Shown: positions 10,442-20,389 of the stretch, piece by piece
Layout: each line of letters opens with the position of its first letter
Position numbering within the stretch: position 1 is the first letter of the stretch
NCBI GenBank assembly: GCA_000004985.1
Contig: GG738855.1
DNA: 64,000 nt
Source of the DNA: Naegleria gruberi
Taxonomy: Eukaryota
Direction: 5' to 3' (one strand)
Made by a program: the position numbers and the translations under genes
Notes under the pieces: generated by a model
What the model was told of the DNA's origin: nothing
The model's input: the letters and a program-made list of their open reading frames with translations, nothing else
Database searches by the model: none

Positions 10442-10938
10442 GTTGTTGGTATTTTTTAAAAAAATTCAATGTGTTTACAACATGAAGAATAAAAACCAAA
10501 TCATCAGGATTGAATCTTTTAAATAGAATTGGTAATAAACTAATTTATTCTTGTTAGATGATTAATACTTCAATTTTATGGTGGACATTGTTGGGTGCTG
10601 TACAGCCATCTGACACCAGCAGAGCTTGCTTCAACAAAAGCCGTGAAGAGAGAAGCAGCACAAATATCCCTGTCTTTTTAAAAATATTGTTGTGATGACC
10701 CAAAAATACTTCATTTGCCGCTTGTATTTGGCGCCTTTCGAAAACAACTACAAAAAAAAGAGTTTGAAAAGAGCAAGCCTTTGTATTCAAGATGAGCATG
10801 CTTAGAAAAAGTTTTACTCTATCGGCAAGTTTTAAGAGGGATCAAACAAGTGAGACCTCTATTAGCCAACTTAATAGATGGATTTTAGAGTATGTGTTGT
10901 TTTTTAACGATTTATAGAGTTGATCGGAAGTTAGATAT

Positions 10939-13002
10939 TTGAATTTTCATGGATTTGTGGAGACTTCATCAATGTTTGAGCAAGAAATTAATAATAGGCT
11001 TCTTAACGAGAGACCAACATCAGCAAGAATTGTGGATAACAAAACAAAAATCATGCCAGAATCTCAGAGAAATCAAATTAAAGATGAAATGATGGGTGCT
11101 TTGGATTCTTACCTCTCAAAGGACTTCTTTTATCTGTGGGAAAAACATGTTTCTCCAATGTTAAGATCTAGTGATCCAGAGACCATCAAATTGGAATTCT
11201 TTATTAGACTTTATTTTGCCACAGTTCCATTTAGACACAATGATAAACAAGAACAACGCAAATATGCAGTGGAATTTAAACAATATTTGGATATGAAAGG
11301 AGCTATCTTGTCAACATTTTTTGATTTACTCCCATATTATGCCTTTCCTTACATGCCAGATCCATCTAGCCATCCTTCTTTTGCTTCAATGTACCAAGAC
11401 AAATGGAAGCAAGATTTATTTGATAAGGTTAAGAGCTATCTCGATGTCACCTTTTCAAGAAGTATTGAACAACCATATCTCCATTCAATTGTTAATAATA
11501 TTAACACAACAAGTTCTATTAATGTTGCAAACTCCATTGGTAAGTGTCTAACAATACCTATAATACAAACATTAACAGCTGGGTTAGGTAATAACGACAA
11601 ACAAGGTTTGGAACAATATAAAAAAGAAATGGGAAGCTACATGGACATCGTTCAAGAAAAATATAGAGAATTATATGGATTGAGTGGAGATTTATTGAAA
11701 GCAATTTCAGGAGTTATGAAAGGGAAGAAGCTCAATAAGCAATTTTTGGCTGTAGTCCAAGACAATCTGAGCTCTCTTCATATTGATGAAATTCTTCCTT
11801 CAATGATTGTAAGTGGGTAATTTGTATTATTTTTTAACTTCGATAGCCACGTAATGATCATATTGAGGATCATTCAGCAACATTCGTTTCTCTAGATTAC
11901 CAAAAATTAAAGTTATTCTTACTCAAAGAAACAAACAACCCAATGATACCATATGTATTACAGGCTCTTAGATGGAGAATTTCAAAATCACAAAATACTA
12001 GAACAAAGATTAACACCTTAAAGACAATGATTTACTATGATTTGTTTGGAATTGTAAACAATGAGAAGGTAAGTTGAAATGGAAAACCTTTAAATTGGCT
12101 AAACATCGGTTTTCCATAGAAAATCTTACAAGCTTTGCTTTTTTCAAAGGATGAAATGGTTGTGGAATATACATTGAGGTTAATTAATATTTTCTCTACT
12201 GAGAATGTTGGTGTGGTTTATTTGACAAAAGATTTAACTCAAAATACCATCATTATGGATTTAATTCAAATTTTGGAATTGGAGCGCTCTGACTCAATTA
12301 TCAGACAAAATGTTGTCTCCATTCTTCAAAAACTAAGCGTGAAATCAAAGCCTCAACAGTAAGTTTCAAATCAATACAAATTGTTTATTAACCCCTCAAT
12401 TTAGACAAATGGTCAATAATGATTTAATTGATATAGTGTGCAAAATTTTATCCAATCCTGAAAATTGTGGAGATTTCACAACTGAGTATGGTGTTTCACT
12501 ATTGATGAATTTATGTCTAGGAAAGGTGTCAATTAGAGCCTGTGAACGATCAGATATTATACCTGTGTTGATGGATTTAATTCAACACGAAAGTCCACAA
12601 GTAAGAACTTACGTCCATGGAACACTTTACAGTGTGCTTAGTTTTTCAAATGTCCTTAAACAACAGGCAAGAGATCATGGTTTGGAGGATAAACTTAAAA
12701 TTATCAGAAAAATGTCAGAAGATGAGCTTTCCAAACAAATTGCATATATTCAAGATGTGCTGTCAAAGGAAGAGACAAGTGATGAGGATAGTAATTTTGA
12801 TGAGGATGACGAGGAAGATCTCAATGCTCTCCTTATGCAGGATGTAGAAACAGACGAAATGGTGGATGGAGAACTAGAGGAAGAAAGCTTGAGTTGGACT
12901 GAAGATCAACAGATAGGAGAAGAGTTATTGTGCAACTTCTTAGCATCAAACGAGCAAGCAGTTGAAGAAAGAGAATTATTGAGATCAGCAAAAATTGAAT
13001 AA
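10939..13002 (+). CDS. ARMC9: LisH/armadillo-repeat protein ARMC9 (ciliary basal-body protein), four exons
   Basis: ..FFYLWEKHVSPMLRSSDPETIKLEFFIRLYFATVPF..YLDMKGAILSTFFDLLPYYAFPYMPDPSSHPSFASMYQDKWKQDL.., ..VLQALRWRISKSQ.. and ..TTEYGVSLLMNLCLGKVS..VRTYVHGTLYSVLSFSNVLKQQARDHGLEDKLKII.. match ARMC9 along its length. Exons about 10939-11809, 11847-12068, 12130-12358, 12405-13002. Introns 37, 61 and 46 nt, all with GTAAGT donors. Confidence 0.8.
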
Positions 13003-13090
13003 TTTATTAAGGTTTCTTTTGTTTTAATGATGAAATCTCCTGATTTAGTCTTGAACTGTTATTTGTAAATAATATGTGTGGTAATTAAAC

Positions 13091-13486
13091 TTACATTTCT
13101 TTTTTGAACTCTTCGGTCACCAACTTGAACTCGTGTGTTAATTTCGTTATTGTTTCTGTATGTACTTTTATCAACTTGTCATATTCTTCTTTTTTTACGT
13201 ATTCTTCCTTAGGTTCGTGTTCTTCCACTGATGGTAAAGTTGGAGTTGTTGATGGTGTTGTTGGGAGATCTAGTGAAGGCTCTAAATTATTACCATTCTC
13301 GTTGGTTGTATCTACATTTAAATGATCAATCTTCCGTTTTTTCTTTTCGGGATTTGTGCTATCGGATTCGGAATTTGTGTTATCCTCTGATGATGATTGT
13401 TCCATTGTATTGTTGTTTTCATTTGTTGTTGCTGGTGAATCCCATTCCGCCATGATGTCTCGTTCAAGTTCTGTCAAGTCAGCCAT
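13091..13486 (-). CDS. Small acidic protein with basic KKKRK patch (putative nuclear), function unknown
   Basis: ATG-initiated 131-aa ORF MADLTELERDIMAEWDSPATTNENNNT..PEKKKRKIDHLNV..EEHEPKEEYVKKEEYDKLIKVHTE... Stop overlaps a GTAAGT, so a short alternative 3' exon (..KKEIQD) is possible. Confidence 0.4.
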   Translation of the reverse strand: MADLTELERDIMAEWDSPATTNENNNTMEQSSSEDNTNSESDSTNPEKKKRKIDHLNVDTTNENGNNLEPSLDLPTTPSTTPTLPSVEEHEPKEEYVKKEEYDKLIKVHTETITKLTHEFKLVTEEFKKEM

Positions 13487-13592
13487 TTTTTTTGAATTTA
13501 TTTGATGGCTCTGTTATTATTAAATTAATCGAATTATGCACGAATACTAGTATTAAAAATAATTTAAATTAATATATTTATTGTACATGTTT

Positions 13593-13959
13593 CTACTTCT
13601 TCATAGAAGCTGATGAAGCAGGTTTTGGTCCCTTTTTCAAATCTTTTTCCTCTTTTTCTAATTGGAATTCAAAAAATTGGAGACAAAACACACAAACATG
13701 CACTTTCTGATACAGTAAGGCTGGAGAAACAGGTTTAATTTTCATTCCCCAACTATTTCCGATTATTTGTCATCTATAAAGTACTAAAAACAAACCTTGA
13801 TCGAAGTTTCAAAACTGAATTGTATGAAATTGCTCCGGGCAGTGATTCTACATAAAATTCTTGTTCGCAAAGTTTGCATCTCCATTTCTTTTGTAACCCT
13901 TGAAAGACCTTATAGTCATTAGGGGATAATTCTGTCTGCAGATCCTTCTTTCCTGACAT
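13593..13959 (-). CDS. Small Cys-rich (zinc-ribbon-like) protein, two exons
   Basis: Exon 1 13796-13959 (MSGKKDLQTELSPNDYKVFQGLQKKWRCKLCEQEFYVES..), 43-nt intron 13753-13795 (GTTTGT..AG), exon 2 13593-13752 (..KVHVCVFCLQFFEFQLEKEEKDLKKGPKPASSASMKK, TAG stop). CxxC..HxCxxC spacing suggests a zinc-binding fold; family not identified. Confidence 0.4.
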
Positions 13960-14508
13960 GTTTTTTCAAATTCCGATGCTAAATTCCTTAATCCTCTCGT
14001 TGTTGATGAAGAACAAATTGTGTTACTAGTGAAATACAACTGGTTGATTTTTTTTGAAAACTTGATGATTGAACAGCCTCGTAAATATTGAGGCGGTAAA
14101 CGGTTTTAAATAAAACCTCTCATGACGTAAATTATTTAAATAAGAAGTGAATGTGTGTTTGATGTTTAATAACAACCTTGTATCAAGAGTTGAAGATTTG
14201 GATTCAATTGGATAGCACAAATAAACTTTCAAGGTTTTTTAAGGGAAGAGGCAGACAAAACCGCCCAAAGACTATCTATTGCCGTTATGTTTGCCGCCAA
14301 AATTTGAATGCAAGAACGTTAGGAATTGTTTTCAATTTCACAAAACAATAGCAAAAAAAATTACATCAACTCCCCACACCACAGAGGATCTGCTGTAGTT
14401 TTCTGTACACAACTAATTACTAACAAACAAACTAATATACAAGGAGTCTGGGGTTATTAATTTAATCACACACATTCTTTATCTTTATACATAGAATACA
14501 ATACGAAA

Positions 14509-17500
14509 ATGAGCAGCGATACCATATCAACTACAACAACATCTTCATCATCATCATCTAACTTTACAACACAATCCGGAGTGAATGTGCAAGTGCTTTT
14601 AAGATGTAGACCACCTAATGATAAAGAAAAGGGACAATCCATCTCTGTTGAAACCTTACCATATATGAGAAAGGAATTAAAGATTCATCAAAAACTTGTT
14701 CATGGAAAGGAAATAACAAAAACATTTACTTTTGATAGAGTGTATGGTCCACAAACAACACAAAAAGAATTCTTTGAAGAATCCATCAAATCCATTGTTG
14801 ATGAAGCCTTGGATGGTTTTAATTGTACAATTTTTGCTTATGGTCAAACCAGTTCTGGTAAAACATACACGTAAGTTTATATCAATTAATCTTAATTATT
14901 AATTACAAATAATTACAGTATGGAAGGAAGAAGAGATTCTAATGATGTGACTGACACACACTCTGGTGTCATTCCAAGAAGTATCTACCACATTTTCAGA
15001 ACATTGGAATCTAATTCAACTGAATACACTGTTAAAGTTAGTTGCATGGAATTATATAATGAAGAATTACAAGATTTACTCACAGATAGACAGAATAAGC
15101 TCAAAATATTCGATGATAGTACTGGTAGAAAGGGTACTGTTGTAGCTGGTTTGGAAGAAATCAATGTTAGGGATGCCTCTCAAATCATTTCCATTGTTGA
15201 GGATGCCCAAAAGAGAAGACAAATGGCTGAAACTAATTTGAACAAATCCTCAAGTCGTTCTCACTGTATTACTACAATTACTATTCATATGAGAGAAGTT
15301 AACGATGAAGGTGAGGAATTTATCAAGACTGGTAAACTCAATCTTGTAGATTTGGCTGGTAGTGAAAATATTGGTAGATCAGGAGCTGTTAAACAAAGAG
15401 CTAAGGAAGCTGGTATGATCAATCAAAGTTTGCTCACCTTGGGAAGAGTTATTACAGCTCTCACTGAACACAGCCCACACATTCCATACAGAGAATCAAA
15501 GTTAACTAGAATTTTACAAGACAGTTTGGGTGGTAAGACAAAGACTTGTTTGATCGCCACTATCTCTCCATCAATTTTGTGTATTGAAGAAACTTTAAGC
15601 ACAGTCGATTATGCTCACAAAGCTAAGAGTATTAAGAACAAACCTGAAGTCAATATGAAGGTTTCTAAGGCCCAATTGATCAAGGAAATGTCTTCTGATA
15701 TGGAAAAACTCAAAGCTGAACTTAATGCCCAAAGACTCAAGAACGGTATTTACATGGCACCTGAAATTTATGAAGAAACTAATAGAAAATTGAAAGAACA
15801 AGAAGCCACCATCAGGGATATGGAAGATCAACTTCAACTCAGAGTCAAAGAATATGAAGAATTATCCATCCTCTTTAAAGAAAAAGAGAGAGACCTCCAG
15901 AGAGAAATAGCTGAACATGGTGAAACTAGACAAACACTTTCTTCTACAAGAGATACACTGAAGAGAACAGAAATCGATCTCAAGAATACCAAGGTTGAAT
16001 TGGGAGCCACTAATTTTGTTCTTGGAAAGACTCAAGAAACCGAGGAACAACTTTTATCTCAAGCTCATTACCTTTTGAATAATCTTAAAGAAAGCATTTC
16101 TGATGTTGATGGATTCATTTCAAAAGTTGACAGAAAGGCTAAAGTTGAAAATGAAAATCAAACATTGATTTCACAATTCAAAAATACGATGGATGAAAAG
16201 TTTGGTAGATCAGTTGATGAGGTTCATCTACTCCAAGCCACTTTTGAAGCACTTAACAGCTCTGCCAAGACATCTGTTTCTGAATTCATTATTGAAAAGG
16301 ATGCTCATACAAAGAATGTTAGAGATCAACTTGTATCCATGTCTGACCTCTTTTCTACATCACAAAATGAAATCATCCAAATGATTGCCAACAAATCTGA
16401 TAGCCAATCCAAGACTTTGGACGATTTGTCTTCCACCAATCAATCATTTGAAGCTACTCTCATCAATAACATGATGACTATGAAGAATGCCTTTGAAACA
16501 TCAATTGGTATCATTAACGAACAAATTGTTGCCCAGAGAAGTGAAATGCTCAATATTCACACTTTCTTTGTTGAAACTCTTACTAGAAACACAAAGTTTT
16601 TGGAAAATTTTGCTGGTAAACACTCTGAAGTGATGAAGGGTTTGAAACAAGAGATTGAACAAACTGTTACTGACCATATCAATCAATCTAATAACAATAG
16701 TCAAAAATTGAATGAAATGCTCAAACAACAAAAGCTTCAAAATGCATCCCTTAAGCAAGAATTGTTGAAGAATTTTGAAAGCCTTATTGACAATACTTTT
16801 ACTTCACAAGAAGTAGAGTTAACCGAGAATGTACAAACAATCCAAAAGTTCTTTGACTATTCTGTCAACTCTGTCCAACAAATGGATGGATCTGTCAAGA
16901 AGAACACTGATGAATCATTGTTCAATTTGGAAAAGATCAAGACCAATCTAGGATCTAATCAACAAGATGCAATTCAATCCATGACCAAGTCAAGAATTAA
17001 CATTGAAAATTTGATGGATAATATTTCAGAAGAAAATACCAACCTTACCACCAACATTAATTCTTTCTATAACAATACTAAGAAAGCTATTGGTTCTAAT
17101 ACTTCATCTCTCGATTTGTTTGTTAATACCTCAAAGCAATCCCAAAAGGTCTTTATGGATGAATGTTCTGCCTCATCATGCAAGAGCATTTCTACCTTCC
17201 AAGAATACCACAATCAATTGCAACATCGTTCTGACAACTACCAAAATCGTCTATCAATGTTTGCTAACACTCATCTTGAACTTCACAATTCTCAACATGA
17301 AAAGGTTAATGAATATAAGAATCAATTTGTTTCTGAAAGAATGAATGATATGAAGCGTAGCTTGGATACATTTAGTTTGAATACTGATCAACCAACAGGA
17401 ACAACTCCACAAAAGAAGAAGAGAAAGCTTCCTGAATCTCTTCCAAAAACTCAACCAAGACAAGAATTGGTTGAATTGTACAAATTAACTTTACCAGAAT

Positions 17501-17781
17501 CATTTGAAGCTGAAGAAGTTTGTTCTGTCTCCACACCAGACTCTGATAATATGGAAGATGTTGAAGCTGATTCCATTAGTGTGTCTAGTAACAAGGAAAA
17601 TGTTGATGACAATAACTTATCACCAATAGCAATCGTACCAACTGTAAAATCTATCAACATTCCAATGAAGAAAGTGAGCTCTGAACCTACTATTGTAAAG
17701 AAGCCAATTGTTAAAAAACCAACTATTACTAAGGTCTTGAAAAATAGTGCTCCAAATTTTGGGGTTTCTTCTTTCAGATAA
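14509..17781 (+). CDS. KIF11: Kinesin-5 (Eg5/BimC-type bipolar mitotic kinesin), two exons
   Basis: Exon 1 14509-14870 ends ..GQTSSGKTYT; 48-nt GTAAGT intron 14871-14918; exon 2 continues MEGRRD... Motor motifs SSRSHC, LNLVDLAGSENIGRSGAVKQRAKEAGMINQSLLTLGRVITAL, HIPYRESKLTRILQDSLGG. Long coiled-coil stalk. C-terminal BimC box ..DQPTGTTPQKKKRKLPE... Confidence 0.9.
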
Positions 17782-17891
17782 ATTTTTAAATGTAAATAAC
17801 CCATACTCTTCTTTTAACTTGTTGCTTCTGACGTGTTCCAGGATTCAAGAAAAACAAATATTCAATAAGCTTAATTGTATTAAGCATGCAT

Positions 17892-20256
17892 TTATTGTCT
17901 CCTATTTACACTCTTCTTCACCTTGGAAGCTTTCTTATAGGCAAGATAATAGTTAAGACTCTCTGGGTCTTCTTGTTGAAGTCTTTCAATTTGGAGCTTT
18001 TCGAATTTTTCACCCTCATCCAACACATCTTCTTTTCCTTCCTGATCTAATCCTCTGTATCTGGAACTTCTAGATGATTGAGTTGGTCTATTGTCTTCTT
18101 CTTCCATGTACCTTTCGTCGTAATAGGCTTGGAAATCAGCTACAAGAGATTGTCTCAAAGTTTCTAAGGCCTTCTCAAGATAATCAATTTCGGATTTCAA
18201 CATCTTTCTTTCCTCAAAGGATTGCTTGTATGTTTCCTTTCTTTCCTTAATGCTTTGGAAGAATAGCATTTCTTCTTCATCCACAATATCATCTCCCACT
18301 TTATAATAATTATAGCGAACTTTAAAACAATTTCAACAACTTACAATGTGCATTTTCAACTTGTTTCTTATCAATCTTGGTCTTTAAATTATCAATATCT
18401 GCCTTGATATCATTAAGCCTTTGGGTTACATTCTTGAAGAGAGATTTCTTTTCCTTCAAGGAAGCAGAATTTTCCTTAATACTTTCACTTAATTGTTTTC
18501 CAACTGTGTGTTTAAACTCCTCAAAGGCATCGTTTCTGGGCATGATAATCTTGCTGGCAGTTTTTGACCTTTCAGTATCAGGAACAACAGCTGAGGTAGA
18601 TCTTTCTTCCCTTGCTGATAAAACTGTAGCTTTCTTTGTTTTCTTTTGGAAATCAACATTTGGTTTTGCCTCTCCAAATCCAAAACCAGTCTTACTTTCA
18701 ACTTCACCAACTCCATTTTCCTCATGAATTTTCTCTTCATGGATTTTTCCTGCAAAATTGGAAGCTGGAGCTGTTTGCTGTTTTTCTCTGTTAGAAGCTG
18801 AATGAATAGACTCTGGTTCTGTGAAAGAAGAGGCCTCTTTCAACAAGGTTTTGAATTGTACGAATATTTCCTTAATTCTTCTGATGTTTTTAATTTCCAA
18901 CTCTTCCACTTCTCCATTTACATAGCTTCTAATTTCCTTTCTCAATTCAACCTTTTGTTCCTCGGTGTATGGGTCATAATTTGCTTGATTGATTCCTCTC
19001 AATTGATCGTGCATGGATAGTTCTTGTTTCAGCTCTTTAATTTCCTTTTCATACTTTTTAATGAGAGCATCTGGGTTCATATGAACATTAATCATTGCTT
19101 CGTTGGAAACTCTCATCATTCTAGTGGCGAATTTAAGCGTACCAATTGTTTCTTCAATATGTTGTTCTTCTCCCCATACGTTCGCAATCATCAAAGTTTT
19201 GCAATTACCTCCTAAAGAATCCTTTAAGAAATAGGTAAGCTTGGATTGTCTGTAAGGGATGTGTTCTCTTGTTGGATTTCCCAATGCAATAACAACCTGT
19301 TCCAAAAACGAAAGTGACTTGTTGATGTATTTTGCTTCAGTGAGAACAAGTCCACTAGAGTGAGTTTTAGAAACTCTTTCACTACCAGCCAAGTCAACCA
19401 AATTCAACTTGGATTGAACGGTTTGACCTTCTGATTCAACTCTACTTCTACTTTCCAAATACATTGTAAAAACACAGTGAGATCTTGTTGAGGCCTTGTT
19501 CAATTGATGTTCACAGATAGCTCTGTTTGTTTCACCTTCAAAAAGCATTGATAAGGCTTCTTCCTCACTATTAACAATGTGACATGACAATCCTCTAACC
19601 ATGATAGTTCCCTTATTATCCTCCATAATAACCATATTGTCATCGTATGCATCATTTTTAGCTTTTGCCAATTGAGTGTCACTAATATCAGATAATAAAT
19701 CAAATAATTGTTCATTATAGATTTCCATATAAGAAACTCGTAATGTAAATGATTTTTCAGGATAATTTGACATTTCGGCAAACACTTGTTGAATTGCTCT
19801 TGGTATTAAACCTCTATTCTTATAATTGTTGGCAGCTCCAATCATGGTGTAGGTCTTACCTTTTTGATTGTTTCAATAATTAGAAATTATAAACTCAAAA
19901 TACAAACCTGAACCAGTTTGACCATAGGCCATCACAGTTCCATTATAACCTTCAAGGAATGATTTTGTAATATCATAACAACATTCATTAAATACTGTAT
20001 CTTGTGATACATTATGAAGTGTTTTATCAAATTTGAATGAATAATCTTCCTTCTTTGTTTCCAAATAATTTACATTTCCCGATTGTTTTCCAGATCTTCC
20101 CTTATTCTTAATCTCAATGCTCTTTTTTGATTCATCAAGAACAATCACATCCTGAGCAAAGAAAGCAGTCGGTCTAAATTATCATTGTATTAATAAATTT
20201 ATAAAATTCTTCACGTACCTCGTTCTGACACAAACTTGTACTGGGGTGTTGACCAT
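17892..20256 (-). CDS. KIF9: Kinesin-9 (KIF9/KLP1-like axonemal kinesin), four exons, 741 aa
   Basis: Exons 20219-20256 (MVNTPVQVCVRTR), 19908-20173, 18345-19859, 17892-18298. Introns 45, 48 and 46 nt. Motor ..YGQTGSG|KTYTMIGAANNYKNRGLIPRAIQQVF..VSYMEIYNEQLFDLLS..SRSHCVFTMYLESRSR..LNLVDLAGSERVSKTHSSGLVLTEAKYINKSLSFLEQVVIALGNPTREHIPYRQSKLTYFLKDSLGGNC.. closely resembles KIF9 as I recall it. Confidence 0.8.
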
Positions 20257-20389
20257 TTTGTTTTTTTAAAATTTAATTTACAGTTTTAAAATTTGGCGCC
20301 ATTTCAAATTGTTTCAAAAAAAGCAAATAAGTATTATTACATCGAAGAACAAATAGAAAGGTGCTTTGACAGATACAACATTGGTTTTA

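Noticed and set aside
8558-10526. Plus-strand ORFs antisense to eIF3c (8558..8935, 8784..9029, 10218..10526 among others)
   Set aside because: They are low-complexity mirror translations of the acidic/basic eIF3c coding strand (for example SSSSDSSSE), with no independent start context or homology.
14920-17781. Treating ORF 14920..17781 (starts MEGRRD) as a separate gene from 14509..14874
   Set aside because: GTAAGT at 14871 and CAG at 14916-14918 join them in frame to give the canonical kinesin motif SGKTYT|MEG; it is one kinesin-5 gene.
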